A stretch of 64,000 bases of DNA from Limisphaerales bacterium (GCA_965657355.1 CBFHOE010000003.1:437222-501221); one strand, 5' to 3'. Positions 38,829-50,353 are shown, numbered from the stretch's first letter. Numbers and translations are program-made. The notes: generated from the letters alone by a model not told the origin.

Positions 38829-41800
38829 ATGATTACAAAGTGGTTAACCACAATATTTGGAACAAGCACCAAGAGAGATCTCAAGCGGATGGAACCGCTC
38901 AAGAATGAGATCAATCGTCTCGAGGAAGGACTACAAAATCTTTCCGATGAAGCTCTCAGAGAAAAGACGGCTGAGTGGAAGGCAGAGCTCTCTGCTATTG
39001 AGGACGATGCGGAGTTAACCAAGAGATTGGATGACATTCTCCCCGAGGCTTTTGCTGTCGTGAAAAACGCCTGCCGAAGGCTATGTGGGCAGACTATTAA
39101 TGTAAAAGGTCATGAACTCAAATGGGAAATGGTTCCTTTTGATGTTCAAATGATTGGCGGCATGGTTTTGCACAATGGCCAAATTGCGGAAATGGCTACC
39201 GGTGAAGGCAAAACATTAGTGGCGACAGCCCCCGTATATTTAAACGCGCTCTCAGGAAGAGGTGTTCACGTTGTTACGGTAAATGATTATCTAGCTGCGA
39301 GGGATAGCGATTGGATGGGCGCTGTCTACAAGTTTCTCGGACTTAGTGTTGGTTGTATACAGCACGCCCTCCCTCCGTCAGAACGCCGAGTTCAATATAA
39401 TTGTGACATTACATATGGCACAAATTCAGAATTTGGTTTCGATTATCTAAGAGATAATGGCATGGCGACAAGGGCTCAAGACCAGGTGCAGCGTGGCCAC
39501 TTCTTCGCTATTGTCGATGAAGTTGACTCCATCCTTATTGATGAAGCTAGAACCCCATTGATAATTTCTGGTCCTGCTACAGTTGACACAGACAATGATC
39601 TATACGACAAGCTCAAGCCGGGAATCAATGGCCTGGTGCGAGCTCAGGAAAAACTGATTCAGCAATGGCTCAATGAAGCCAAGAAGCTTCTTGAAAAGCG
39701 CGAAGGCACTGAAGCCAACACCAATGAAATTGACTCTGAAATCGGGCGCCTTCTTTTGCGAGTTAAAAATGGGCGCCCAAGATGGGACCAGTTTCTCAGA
39801 CTCATGGAGGACGCAGCCATTCAAAAGATGGTTCAGTCTTTTGAAATGACCCTCCATACAGACCAGACTAAAAAGGAACTTTATGCTGAGAAGGAGGAAC
39901 TTTTTTATGCGATTGATGAAAAAGGGCATGACGCTGACCTCACCGAGAAGGGAAGAAATTTCTTGAGCCCCAATGAGCCGGATGCCTTTATGTTGCCGGA
40001 CCTTCCCACTCAATTGCACGAGATAGAATCCAAGGAAGGCTTAGATGCAAAAACACGTCTCGAAGAAAAAAATACTATCCAATCGGAATACGAAACCGTG
40101 GCACGCCGCATCCACTGCACAGGCCAATTATTAAAAGCATATAGTCTTTATGAAAAAGACGTTCAGTATGTCATTATAGATAACAAGGTGGTTATCGTGG
40201 ATGAAAATACTGGGCGCCAAATGCCTGGGCGTCGCTGGAGCGATGGCCTCCACCAAGCCGTGGAAGCGAAAGAAAATGTCACTATTGAAGGTGAGACACA
40301 AACATACGCCACTGTGACCATCCAAAATTATTTCAGGCTTTATAATAAGTTAGCAGGTATGACGGGCACTGCGGAAACTGAAGCTGAAGAATTTTTGGAT
40401 ATCTACAAGATGGGCGTCCTCCCCATACCTACAAATCGCGAGGTTAAACGTTCAGACTACAATGATTCGGTTTACAAATCTAAGCGTGAAAAAAATCACG
40501 CTATTCTAGAAGAGATACGAGGTGTTCACCAGGAAGGTCGACCTATTCTGGTAGGAACTGTGTCCGTAGAATCGAGTGAACAGCTTTCCAGAATCCTCAA
40601 TAAAGCAGGTCTTCCGCACTCTGTCCTGAATGCAAAATACCACGAAAAAGAGGCTGAGATCGTCACCCGTGCAGGTCAGCGAGGGGCTATAACTATTGCG
40701 ACTAACATGGCTGGTCGAGGCACAGATATTAAGCTTGGGACGGGGGTCAGTGAGTTGGGTGGATTGCACGTCATTGGGACAGAAAGACACGAGAGCCGTC
40801 GAATCGACCGTCAGCTGCGCGGTCGTTGCGCACGACAAGGTGATCCTGGTTCTTCCCACTTTTTTATCTCGTTAGAAGACACTGTCATGCGTCTTTTCGC
40901 AAACGACAGAATGATTAAAATCATGGAGAGCTTGGGTATGGAAGAGGGAATGGAGATCGCCCACCCGATGCTCAATAAGTCGATTGAGTCCGCGCAGAAA
41001 AAAGTCGAACAGCATCACTTTCAGATGCGTAAAAGGACTCTTGAATTTGATGATGTTCTCAACAAGCAGAGGGAGGCTATTTATGGATTCCGAACAGAGG
41101 TTCTTAAAGGAGATGATATCCGAGATCAGCTCTTAGACATCATGGAGGAAGTCGTTATCTCAAAAGTCCAGGAAAGCACTTCCGCAGAAATTCCGGTCGA
41201 CGAATGGAACGTCCGCACCCTAGCCGATTGGGTGAATATCAACTTTCCAATCGCTCTCACTGAAGAGGAAATCAAAAATGTCGCTGCCGATGGAAAAGAA
41301 GATCCTGTAAAAGACTCTGCTTTCGGCGATATGAGTGTGCATCAATTTGCGATATGTGTGCATGTTGTTGAAGAGGTTAGGAAAGCATACGAGCTCAAGA
41401 TCAGCTTCGAAGACGATGAAGCTATCCAATCTATCGAGAGGTATACGATGCTGTCGGCCATCGATAAATTATGGCAGGAGCATCTATACAACATGGACAG
41501 CTTGAGAACAGCTATTAGCCTCAGAGCCATCGGGCAAAAAGATCCACTCATCGAATACAAGCGTGAAGCTTTCCACATGTTCGAAGAGATGGAGGAGAAT
41601 ATTAAAACGGAGGTTTGTCACAATATTTTCCGCAGTGCATCAAGTTTGCAAGCCTTCGAGCAATTTCTTACAAAGCTTCCCAAGAAAGCAACGCACCAGA
41701 CCTCCAACACTCTTGCTGAAGCTGATCGCCAAGAGTCCAACGCCAAGAAGGCTAATGAAATGGTCTCGCAAGCCAATCAAGCTGTTGAGAAAATCAAATC

Positions 41801-41906
41801 CAAGCCCAAGCCAATAAGGACTGGTCCTAAAGTCGGCCGCAATGATCCCTGTCCTTGTGGATCAGGGAAGAAGTACAAACAGTGCTGTGGTAAAGCTGGA
41901 TCTTAA
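38829..41906 (+). CDS. secA: Preprotein translocase ATPase SecA with SEC-C motif
   Basis: [60 protein letters not shown]. Confidence 0.99.
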   Translation: MITKWLTTIFGTSTKRDLKRMEPLKNEINRLEEGLQNLSDEALREKTAEWKAELSAIEDDAELTKRLDDILPEAFAVVKNACRRLCGQTINVKGHELKWEMVPFDVQMIGGMVLHNGQIAEMATGEGKTLVATAPVYLNALSGRGVHVVTVNDYLAARDSDWMGAVYKFLGLSVGCIQHALPPSERRVQYNCDITYGTNSEFGFDYLRDNGMATRAQDQVQRGHFFAIVDEVDSILIDEARTPLIISGPATVDTDNDLYDKLKPGINGLVRAQEKLIQQWLNEAKKLLEKREGTEANTNEIDSEIGRLLLRVKNGRPRWDQFLRLMEDAAIQKMVQSFEMTLHTDQTKKELYAEKEELFYAIDEKGHDADLTEKGRNFLSPNEPDAFMLPDLPTQLHEIESKEGLDAKTRLEEKNTIQSEYETVARRIHCTGQLLKAYSLYEKDVQYVIIDNKVVIVDENTGRQMPGRRWSDGLHQAVEAKENVTIEGETQTYATVTIQNYFRLYNKLAGMTGTAETEAEEFLDIYKMGVLPIPTNREVKRSDYNDSVYKSKREKNHAILEEIRGVHQEGRPILVGTVSVESSEQLSRILNKAGLPHSVLNAKYHEKEAEIVTRAGQRGAITIATNMAGRGTDIKLGTGVSELGGLHVIGTERHESRRIDRQLRGRCARQGDPGSSHFFISLEDTVMRLFANDRMIKIMESLGMEEGMEIAHPMLNKSIESAQKKVEQHHFQMRKRTLEFDDVLNKQREAIYGFRTEVLKGDDIRDQLLDIMEEVVISKVQESTSAEIPVDEWNVRTLADWVNINFPIALTEEEIKNVAADGKEDPVKDSAFGDMSVHQFAICVHVVEEVRKAYELKISFEDDEAIQSIERYTMLSAIDKLWQEHLYNMDSLRTAISLRAIGQKDPLIEYKREAFHMFEEMEENIKTEVCHNIFRSASSLQAFEQFLTKLPKKATHQTSNTLAEADRQESNAKKANEMVSQANQAVEKIKSKPKPIRTGPKVGRNDPCPCGSGKKYKQCCGKAGS

Positions 41907-41980
41907 TTGATGCAGTAATTTTAACTTTTGGGAAAGTTAGCATATCCAGGCTTTTCCAAAGATCGAAATTTCGAAGTAAA

Positions 41981-43012
41981 ATGTTGAAAATTCTTTTGGT
42001 CTCAGACGCATGGTTCCCGCAAGTCAATGGCGTTGTCACTACATATCAAAATGTTATTGGAAAATTAGAAGAGAGGAAGGATATCGATATCACGGTACTT
42101 CACCCGTCGGAATTTCCCACAATAGCATGCCCGTTCTACCCAGAGATAAATTTGACTCTGGCCTCTTGGCCGCGTATCTGGAGAATAATCGATAAATACC
42201 AACCAGACGCGATCCATATCGCAACGGAAGGGCCACTCGGTATGTGTGCCAGAATGTATTGTCTTGAGAATGAGATTCCATTTTCGACAGCCTACCACAC
42301 ACAATTTCCTCACTATCTATATAAGTATCTCAAACTGCCTAAGAAGATAACTTATGAGTATCTGCGTTGGTTTCATGCCCCCTCTATCTCCATCATGGTG
42401 CCTACTCAAAGGGTTAAGGATGAACTGGTAGCTCAAAAGTTTGAAAACCTTGTTGTTTGGACAAGAGGTGTTCACCTCGACCAATATTATCCAGGGGATA
42501 AAACTGAATTCATAGACGTCCAGGGGCCGATATTTTTGTATTGTGGGCGAGTTGCTAAAGAGAAAAATATCGAAGAATTCCTTAAGATCGATTTGCCTGG
42601 AACGAAGGCAGTTATTGGTGATGGCCCGGCGCGAAGGAGTTTGGAAAAACGCTTTCCCAATGTTATTTTTTGCGGAATGCAGAAAGGAGAAAAACTCGCA
42701 TCTCTATATAGGTCTGCAGATGTCTTTGTCTTTCCGAGTCTCACAGACACATTCGGTGTTGTGATGCTCGAGGCGATGGCCAGTGGGCTTCCTGTGGCTG
42801 GCTTTCCAGTGACTGGACCCGTTGATGTAATCACTGACGATAAAGCTGGATGCTTAGATTGGGACCTTAAAAAAGCAGCACTGCATTGTCTTGATCTCAA
42901 GAAAGATGATTGTGTCGATTTTGCACGAGGGTTTTCGTGGGATATTGTCGCACAACAATTTCATACTCATATCCAGCCATTTCCTCAACCGGACTTTCAT
43001 CCAGAATATTGA
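41981..43012 (+). CDS. GT4 family glycosyltransferase
   Basis: DAWFPQVNGVV, HIATEGPLG, GRVAKEKN, DTFGVVMLEAMASG. Confidence 0.93.
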   Translation: MLKILLVSDAWFPQVNGVVTTYQNVIGKLEERKDIDITVLHPSEFPTIACPFYPEINLTLASWPRIWRIIDKYQPDAIHIATEGPLGMCARMYCLENEIPFSTAYHTQFPHYLYKYLKLPKKITYEYLRWFHAPSISIMVPTQRVKDELVAQKFENLVVWTRGVHLDQYYPGDKTEFIDVQGPIFLYCGRVAKEKNIEEFLKIDLPGTKAVIGDGPARRSLEKRFPNVIFCGMQKGEKLASLYRSADVFVFPSLTDTFGVVMLEAMASGLPVAGFPVTGPVDVITDDKAGCLDWDLKKAALHCLDLKKDDCVDFARGFSWDIVAQQFHTHIQPFPQPDFHPEY

Positions 43013-43065
43013 GTTTAGCTTAGCTCATATAGTAGCTCCGGCTGATCCTTGATTAAAAAAATTTT

Positions 43066-44058
43066 TTATGGCAGACGCAGTGCAAGGTTTGCAGCTCCAA
43101 AAATAGCAGCATGATCATCAAGTATAACATTGATTGATGTCCCGCTAACGGCCTCAGAAAGTCGCCCCTTGTTGAGAAACGATTGAACCAATTGACCATC
43201 CATAAGTTTATCGATGATCTTTGGAGGTATACCACCACCGAGATAGACGGCGTCATTGACACCGAAGGCGAGAGCAAGGTTTCCGGCATGAGAACCTAAC
43301 AAAGAAACGAAAAGGTCAAGCGCTTTACTGCATAATTCGAATTCCCCTTTTATTCCAGAATCACCAATAACAGCTGCCTTGTCCTCTGTCGATAATCTGG
43401 CCGACAACTCAGGTGGTTCTTCGCCGTAGCCCGCACTTTTCAAAAATCGATAGACATTTACCAAGCCAAGACCAGAAAGAACGCGTTCGTAACTTACATG
43501 CTTGTAATCTAAACTGAGGTATTGATACAGCTCCACTTCCAGTGGGGTGGTTGGGGCTAAATCAGAATGGCCCCCTTCAGATGGGCAAATCCAAAGATCG
43601 CCTTCAACAGTCTTAAAAAATGCCTGTCCGAGCCCTGTGCCCGGCGCGACGATAACAGATCTCCGTTCTGTTTCCATTGGAGGTGTTCCTCGATAAAGAT
43701 TGCGAATTTTTTCACGAGGAAAATATGGAATCGCTGCAGCCGTTGCATATAAATCATTGACGAGAAGAACTTTTGGTATTCGGCAGATCTCTGAAATATG
43801 AGTTTCACTCAAAGACCATGGAAGATTAGTGGCATTGACCTCCCCGTTAATCACAGGACCTGGGGCGCCCAAACAGGCCGCTTCGAATTCTTGGCACCCT
43901 GTCATATTTTGAAACTCTTCGAACAAAGATATGAAATTTGGATAAGCTTGACTCGAAAATTTCTTTGTCTCGCAGCAAACAAGCCCGCTTTTCGAATTTT
44001 CAAAAATGGAAAGTCGTGTCTTGGTTCCTCCTATGTCGCCAGCCAAGTAAAGCCTCAT
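43066..44058 (-). CDS. glk: Glucokinase (E. coli Glk type)
   Basis: GDIGGTKT, LVND, APGTGLG, SEGGH, ERVLSG, GGGI. Confidence 0.95.
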   Translation of the reverse strand: MRLYLAGDIGGTKTRLSIFENSKSGLVCCETKKFSSQAYPNFISLFEEFQNMTGCQEFEAACLGAPGPVINGEVNATNLPWSLSETHISEICRIPKVLLVNDLYATAAAIPYFPREKIRNLYRGTPPMETERRSVIVAPGTGLGQAFFKTVEGDLWICPSEGGHSDLAPTTPLEVELYQYLSLDYKHVSYERVLSGLGLVNVYRFLKSAGYGEEPPELSARLSTEDKAAVIGDSGIKGEFELCSKALDLFVSLLGSHAGNLALAFGVNDAVYLGGGIPPKIIDKLMDGQLVQSFLNKGRLSEAVSGTSINVILDDHAAIFGAANLALRLP

Positions 44059-44244
44059 CTTATTTCAAAATACTACAAATTGACCTGTCTTCCTATAATT
44101 AGGGTAATTTCTGTTTTTAGCTAAGGAATATCCTTCTCGATCGTCATGCTGATTTCAAAACTTTACTATTAGTTATATTAAGGTTGTGTTTGAACATAAT
44201 TTGTAATATTTTTTAAAGGTGTTCCCAGTTGAATCATTGGGTCT

Positions 44245-44460
44245 ATGTCTACTACTAATAAATCAGACAAAACTCTAGCGGATTTGCAAAATTCCACACT
44301 TTACAGTGAGTTCCAAGCTGAACTTGCCGAGATTAATCGTCACAAATGGATCGAGTCTGAAAAAGCCGGTCACGACGTGGGATTTGAGTTCGCCCTAACA
44401 GATTGGATCTTAAAACACAGAGGCGAGTGGAGAAGACAACGAACCTCCGCCAATCAATGA
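44245..44460 (+). CDS. Small conserved protein (DUF4032-like)
   Basis: EINRHKWIESEKAGHDVGFEFALTDW motif. Confidence 0.75.
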   Translation: MSTTNKSDKTLADLQNSTLYSEFQAELAEINRHKWIESEKAGHDVGFEFALTDWILKHRGEWRRQRTSANQ

Positions 44461-44463
44461 AAT

Positions 44464-44493
44464 TTTAATACCGTCTCCTGAGGCGGTTTTTTT
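44464..44493 (+). promoter_or_regulatory. PyrR-binding-loop-like hairpin / terminator immediately upstream of pyrR
   Basis: TTTAA-TACCGTCTCCTGAGGCGGT-TTTTTT resembles UUUAA...GUCCNGNGAGGC. Confidence 0.55.
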
Positions 44494-44500
44494 GTGGTCT

Positions 44501-45073
44501 ATGGAAAGCACAACAAAGGACCAAATTGTTATTGGAGCTACAGGGGTAAAACTCCTCATCGAAAGTCTAGTAGAACAAATTCGACGCCATTGCGGGCTTT
44601 GTGGACAGGTCGCTATTGTCGGGATCCAAAGGGGTGGCGTTCCATTAGCCTGCAGATTATATGACGAACTTCACCAATTACCCACTCTCAATAATCGTCT
44701 GCATTTGGGGTCGATAGATATAAGTATTAATCGAGATGACTTGGAATCCCGCGACGCAATAAGTGTCTATCCATCTGAGATTAGCTTCGATATCCAGGGA
44801 ATAGAAATTATTCTTGTTGATGACGTTATCGAAAGCGGTAGAACGACCCGGGCTGCCATTGATTCTATCATGCAATTAGGCCGACCCAAAGCTATTCGGC
44901 TGGCTGCATTGATCGATAGAGGTAATCGACAACTGCCTATTCAACCTGATTTTATTGGTAAAATTATGACTCCAAAAGATTCCCAAGTTGTTGAATTAAG
45001 GCTTTCCGATGAGGATCCTCAAAATAATGCCATCGTCATTCTCGACACGCATCAAAAAACAAACAAAGCATGA
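44501..45073 (+). CDS. pyrR: PyrR / uracil phosphoribosyltransferase family protein
   Basis: GIQRGG, DISINRDD, LVDDVIESGRTTRAA, DRGNRQLPIQPDF; overlaps pyrB by 4 nt. Confidence 0.9.
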   Translation: MESTTKDQIVIGATGVKLLIESLVEQIRRHCGLCGQVAIVGIQRGGVPLACRLYDELHQLPTLNNRLHLGSIDISINRDDLESRDAISVYPSEISFDIQGIEIILVDDVIESGRTTRAAIDSIMQLGRPKAIRLAALIDRGNRQLPIQPDFIGKIMTPKDSQVVELRLSDEDPQNNAIVILDTHQKTNKA

Positions 45074-46002
45074 GCTGGAACCGGCAACACCTCCTCGATC
45101 TCGAGTCCCTCTCATCCTCAGAAATTGAGACTATTCTAAGCACCGCATCTAATTTTAAGCAGATCGGTGAAAGATCTATTAAAAAAGTCCCATCAATGAT
45201 CGGCAAAACTGTTGTGAACTTTTTTGTTGAACCATCCACCAGAACGAGGATTAGTTTCGAATTGGCAGCTCAAAGATTATCCGCTGATGTTATTAATTTT
45301 AGTGCAGAAGCTTCGTCCTTAAAAAAAGGAGAAACGCTCAAAGATACGGTAGCTACGCTGGAGTCTCTCAATGCGGATGTGATAATCATGAGGCACAGTG
45401 CATCGGGTGCCCCACATTTCATTTCCAGAACTGCCAATGCCAGTCTTGTTAATGCTGGGGATGGCGCGCATGAACACCCGACTCAGGCTCTTCTGGATGT
45501 TTTTACTATCCAAGAAAAGCTGGGATCTATCGCTGGTAAAAAAGTATCTATTATTGGTGATATAGCATACTCAAGAGTAGCCCGCTCTAACATATGGGCC
45601 CTTCTCAAACTTGGAGCCGAGGTTACCCTTTGCGGCCCTCCAACACTTTTACCGAGCCACTTCACCTCACTCGGCTGCCGACTTACCAATAAACTTGAGG
45701 AGGCTGTCGAAGGAGCTGATGTCGTCAATTTGCTTAGGATCCAACATGAAAGGCAGTTGCGAACTACCTTTCCTTCGATTGGTGAATATCGGTCCATGTT
45801 TGGTATCAATAGCGCTAGACTTAAAAATGCCAAACCCAACCTACTCATCATGCACCCAGGACCCATTAACCGCGGCGTAGAAATAGACTCAGAAATGGCT
45901 GATAGCTCAGCCTCAGTAATCAAGGATCAGGTCACAAACGGGATTGCTATCCGCATGGCGGTTTTATTTTTGGTGGTAGGCGCCCACAAGTCCCAGTCAT
46001 AA
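45070..46002 (+). CDS. pyrB: Aspartate carbamoyltransferase catalytic subunit
   Basis: EPSTRTRISFE, NAGDGAHEHPTQALLD, LRIQHER, MHPGPINRG. Confidence 0.98.
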   Translation: MSWNRQHLLDLESLSSSEIETILSTASNFKQIGERSIKKVPSMIGKTVVNFFVEPSTRTRISFELAAQRLSADVINFSAEASSLKKGETLKDTVATLESLNADVIIMRHSASGAPHFISRTANASLVNAGDGAHEHPTQALLDVFTIQEKLGSIAGKKVSIIGDIAYSRVARSNIWALLKLGAEVTLCGPPTLLPSHFTSLGCRLTNKLEEAVEGADVVNLLRIQHERQLRTTFPSIGEYRSMFGINSARLKNAKPNLLIMHPGPINRGVEIDSEMADSSASVIKDQVTNGIAIRMAVLFLVVGAHKSQS

Positions 46003-46042
46003 ATTCCAAAGCTCTGGTTTTTTGTTTCATAAGAATATTTCG

Positions 46043-46078
46043 AAAAAAGAGGCATTCCTTCCGGGAATGCCTCTTTTT
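46043..46078. terminator. Bidirectional-type intrinsic terminator after pyrB
   Basis: AAAAAGAGGCATTCC/GGAATGCCTCTTTTT perfect inverted repeat. Confidence 0.9.
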
Positions 46079-46291
46079 CATGCCACCTGAGGTATTAATT
46101 ATAATGAAAGAATGCAGGATCGCCCAATCCATTATGCCTTCTCTCTAACAAATACTCTTTAATAGGAATACCTCGTGATTTCGAAACCCTTTCAATAAAA
46201 GTCAAATTTTTTCAAATCTGGTTGTGATCCCCGTTGGCATTAGTATTTGTTTCAATTTATGTTACAATTGTGTTAAATTGGAGCAATTCGC

Positions 46292-48100
46292 TTGATCATG
46301 ACATTCACCAGACTATCCGCACTAATCAAAAGACATGCTCTTTGCTCGTTCCTTCTCACTTTTTGCTCGTATTATTTTTTGTTAGATGCAGGAGCGAAGG
46401 GAACAATCGATAATTTCAAAAACTTTGATGCAAGCCAGGTTTCGAAAGTAGAAGTTAAAATTGACCCCTTGAGTTGGGAAAGGCTTTGCCGTCAAAATCG
46501 CCCAATCGGTCAATCTTTTGGGAAAGATTTAAAGAACGGCTATTCTTTCAAGCCTTTCAGCTATTTTAAAGCAGACATCACAATCAATGGGAATCATTTT
46601 CGAGATGTCGGTATTCGTAAAAAAGGATTTATTGGATCGCTTGACGGAGAGCGACCTTCATTAAAGGTAAAACTGAATCATGTTCATAAGGATCAAACCC
46701 TTAATGGTGTTACCCATTTGACTCTAAATAACTGCAAACAAGATGCTCCGATTGTAAACCAGTTTTTGGCCTACACCTTATTCAATAAAGCCGGATCGCC
46801 CGCACCTCGCGCTGCTTTCTCTAACGTTGTTATAAATGGTCAAAATCTTGGGATTTACTGCCACGTTGAATCCTACAAAAAACCTATGGTAGAAAATGCC
46901 TTTGGTTCTGACAAAGGTGTTTTGTACGAAGGTACTATCACGGACTTTTATCCTGAATTTGAAAAATCGTTCGATCGAAAATTTGGATCTAAGAAAACCG
47001 GTTTAAAGGCAATCAGAAAGCTCATTTCAATAATTCACTCAGAGGACACCGATGAAACATTTCTTAATAATCTTAAGGAAGTCCTCGACGTAAACGCCTT
47101 TCTTAAATATTGGGCTATCGAGAGTCTTATTGGATTTTGGGATGGGTATTCGGGAAACAAGAATAACTTCTTTTTCTATCTTGATCCAAAAGATGATAAA
47201 TTCCGATTTATGCCATGGGGAGCGGATTCGGTTTTTACAACCAGGCAGGGATTTGGTCGTCGCGGGTCCGGGCCCAGGATTCAATTCGCCAAAACTAATG
47301 GAATAATCGCAGGTAAATTATACCAAATACCCGAAATCAGGGAGCGATATTCTGTCACAATGAAAAAGATTCTTGAAGAATCTTGGGACTCAAATTGGAT
47401 GCTTGAGGAAACGAACCGCTTGGAGGAAATGCTACAACCTTATGTTCATGAGGCTCAAGGTGGGTTTATTGAGGCGTTGGAGAATCTTCGTGAATTCATT
47501 ACTTACCGAAAAGAGAACCTGCTTAAGGAAGAGGCAGATGGTCTCCCCGACATTCCCACCCGATATTCCCCGCCTTTAATTGTTACAACCATAGGAAAGA
47601 TGGAAGGGCAAATTTTACTGCCAATCTTTGATAAGCATCCTGGTGAAACCGACGGCTTGGGAAATGGTAAAATCGAAGTATCTCTGCACGAAGAAAACCC
47701 AGATAGCGTCGGGCAAAATTTCTTAGCTCATAAAGTTGATCCTGAAATTTCTCAAAGAGGTTTTGGAAGGGGATGGTTTGGACGCGGTGGCTTCGGCAGA
47801 GGAAGGGGAAATCCCGAGGACATGTTACAAATCGTATTAGAAGTATTCTATGGCGACTACCCTGACCAATTAACTCTTGATTTTTCTGTTAATAAAAAAG
47901 ATTTGTTTATTCCGGACGAAACTCCAATTATTATTCAAGGAACTGCTCAAATTGGAAATGAATTCTCAAATGAGATGGAATCACATTCGCTCTCTGGAGT
48001 CATAAAAGTTTCTGCGGTAGAAGAAATGGATGGGAAGAAAAACGTAAAGTTTTCCTTGGATGCCCACGTGCTTAAAAGACCAGAATTTGGAAGGTTCTGA
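46292..48100 (+). CDS. CotH kinase family secreted protein
   Basis: VGIRKKG, RPSLKVK, LTLNN, LGIYCHVE, WDGY..NKNNFFFY, PWGAD; signal peptide. Confidence 0.88.
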   Translation: MIMTFTRLSALIKRHALCSFLLTFCSYYFLLDAGAKGTIDNFKNFDASQVSKVEVKIDPLSWERLCRQNRPIGQSFGKDLKNGYSFKPFSYFKADITINGNHFRDVGIRKKGFIGSLDGERPSLKVKLNHVHKDQTLNGVTHLTLNNCKQDAPIVNQFLAYTLFNKAGSPAPRAAFSNVVINGQNLGIYCHVESYKKPMVENAFGSDKGVLYEGTITDFYPEFEKSFDRKFGSKKTGLKAIRKLISIIHSEDTDETFLNNLKEVLDVNAFLKYWAIESLIGFWDGYSGNKNNFFFYLDPKDDKFRFMPWGADSVFTTRQGFGRRGSGPRIQFAKTNGIIAGKLYQIPEIRERYSVTMKKILEESWDSNWMLEETNRLEEMLQPYVHEAQGGFIEALENLREFITYRKENLLKEEADGLPDIPTRYSPPLIVTTIGKMEGQILLPIFDKHPGETDGLGNGKIEVSLHEENPDSVGQNFLAHKVDPEISQRGFGRGWFGRGGFGRGRGNPEDMLQIVLEVFYGDYPDQLTLDFSVNKKDLFIPDETPIIIQGTAQIGNEFSNEMESHSLSGVIKVSAVEEMDGKKNVKFSLDAHVLKRPEFGRF

Positions 48101-48171
48101 TAGGCCTGATGATTCTTGGACCTTTTTTCGGAAATCAAAAATTGTTTTTAAGCTCTTTCTGATAAAAGCTT

Positions 48172-50319
48172 ATGAGTATTTTATATAAACGAATTTATTT
48201 CATTTGGGTGTTATCCTTTTTCACCCTTACTGCTTCTCTGGTTTTTTCCTCTCCTCTTCCAAACATAGTTGTTGTTATGGCAGATGACATGGGCATCGGG
48301 GACTCGAGTGCCTATCAATTTTTCACCGGAAATAAAAATCAGGATCAAATCCATACTCCTGCTATGGAGAAGCTCGCTCGAATGGGAGTTCTTTTCACCG
48401 ATGCTCATACTCCTTCAACAAGATGCACTCCAACACGGTATTCACTATTAACTGGAAGATATCCGTGGAGAAGCAGAATGAAGCATTGGGTGTTATTCGG
48501 CGCCCAAGGTGATCCATTGATTGAGCGAGATAGACCTACTTTAGCCACAATGTTGCAGTCTAAAGGTTACGCTACGGCTGTTGTCGGAAAATGGCATGTG
48601 GGATTGCGCTACAGGACGTCTAGTGGCTTGCCTGCTGCAGGCTGGGGAGATGCAGATCTCGGTCAACCCCTCATTGATTGCCCTCTCGATCATGGATTTG
48701 ATTATTCATTTATTACTTCGAGATCGCATGGGACAAGTGGTCCAAATGCCGAAAATAAATCAAAAAAAAATTACAACAACGGGCGCAAGCAAAATGTTGG
48801 GCCGGGTCATATTCACGGGCGATATGCTATTGCCGCCTCTGGCAATGGGAAAAAACTCATTGATAGAGGATTTAAGTCCTATGAGCTATCCAAGCTAGGC
48901 AGTCGACATGTGTCTCATGCGCTTGGATATATTTCTAATCATATTTCTGATTCAAAAATATCTGACAGTCCCTTTTTTCTCTACTATGCTTTTAATTCTA
49001 ACCACACACCCTACACACCTGATACTGAGATTATGGGAACCCGTGTTAAAGGAGCGTCTACCAATAAACTTGGCGAACCAATGGGGATCAGGTCTGATTA
49101 CATCTACGAAAACGACGTCGCTTTGGGTAAATTGATCTCGTATTTGCAGGAGACTGAAGATCCTAGAAATCCGGGAAAAGAACTCATTCAGAATACTGTC
49201 ATAGTTTTTACAAGCGACAACGGCGCCGAAAAGAATTTTAAATACGCGACCGGCCCATTTAGAAGTAATAAAGGATCATGCTACGAGGGGGGGCATAGAG
49301 TTCCTTTCATATTCTCATGGCCTGATGGTGGGGTTGGGAATGGTGACCCTTCTTCTCCAGGTGTCTCCTCCGGTGCATTGATTGGCCACCAAGATCTCTT
49401 TGCTACCCTCTCATCTATCGTAGAGCATCAAATCCCAAATCTAAAGATTCACTCAAAGGGAGCTGAAGATAGTCAAAGCTTTCTCGATTCACTTACAAAG
49501 AACAAAGCGGCGCGCTCTTTCTTATTTGTGAATGATCACAAAGAGTCCAAGAAGGATCCAGCCGCTCTCGTTCTCAGATATGATAATCCAATTATCAATG
49601 GAAAGGTTCATACCGGGCAATGGAAGATTTTGTTTGATGCATCGCTGATAAGAAACGGAGATGCAAACGCCATTGAACTATATAATCTCAGTGACGATCA
49701 GATGGAGGAGAGAAATTTAATCAATATTTTGGATTACTCGCCCTTAATAAAATATCTCTCTGAATTTGCACAAAAAGCTCGGCAATATGGAAGTGAACGG
49801 TTGATGTCTTTGGATTACAGTCCTGTTGCTGAAATTGATTTTAGATCCCTTTCGACCGCCGCGCAAATTGAAAGACAAAACTCTGATAAAATACGATTGG
49901 TGATAGACGGAGTTGAAGTGAGAATCTCTGGCTGGTCCCCTCAATCTCCGTCTCAAGTAACGAAAAAAATGAGGAGCGGGAAATCAGGGCTCTATTTTGG
50001 ATCCCTTGAGAGGGATCAATCGATACGCGATGGCGAGTTTATTCAAGTCCAATTTAACAAAGATACAGTCGTTCATAGCATAAGCCTGACAGCTGGAAAT
50101 GGATCGTGCGGCGGGTATTACAAGGTGGGCGGCCATTCACCTTTGGCCGTTTATTGCTTGGATAGTGATAACGATTCAAGGGATCAATCAGGCGTGTTGA
50201 GCGATATTGGATACCTTAGTGCTGGGACGGTTTTAAAGATATCGTCCGAATCTCATTGGGGAGTGGAGTCACCCGGCGATTGGGTGATTTCGAAATTACT
50301 TTTCTCTACTGTCAAGTGA
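48172..50319 (+). CDS. Formylglycine-dependent sulfatase with C-terminal extension
   Basis: PNIVVVMADD, CTPTRYSLLTGRY, GKWHVG, FTSDNG, EGGHRVPF, ELYNL. Confidence 0.93.
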   Translation: MSILYKRIYFIWVLSFFTLTASLVFSSPLPNIVVVMADDMGIGDSSAYQFFTGNKNQDQIHTPAMEKLARMGVLFTDAHTPSTRCTPTRYSLLTGRYPWRSRMKHWVLFGAQGDPLIERDRPTLATMLQSKGYATAVVGKWHVGLRYRTSSGLPAAGWGDADLGQPLIDCPLDHGFDYSFITSRSHGTSGPNAENKSKKNYNNGRKQNVGPGHIHGRYAIAASGNGKKLIDRGFKSYELSKLGSRHVSHALGYISNHISDSKISDSPFFLYYAFNSNHTPYTPDTEIMGTRVKGASTNKLGEPMGIRSDYIYENDVALGKLISYLQETEDPRNPGKELIQNTVIVFTSDNGAEKNFKYATGPFRSNKGSCYEGGHRVPFIFSWPDGGVGNGDPSSPGVSSGALIGHQDLFATLSSIVEHQIPNLKIHSKGAEDSQSFLDSLTKNKAARSFLFVNDHKESKKDPAALVLRYDNPIINGKVHTGQWKILFDASLIRNGDANAIELYNLSDDQMEERNLINILDYSPLIKYLSEFAQKARQYGSERLMSLDYSPVAEIDFRSLSTAAQIERQNSDKIRLVIDGVEVRISGWSPQSPSQVTKKMRSGKSGLYFGSLERDQSIRDGEFIQVQFNKDTVVHSISLTAGNGSCGGYYKVGGHSPLAVYCLDSDNDSRDQSGVLSDIGYLSAGTVLKISSESHWGVESPGDWVISKLLFSTVK

Positions 50320-50353
50320 GATCATCCATTGGAATCTTTCGCCGTCCAACGGA

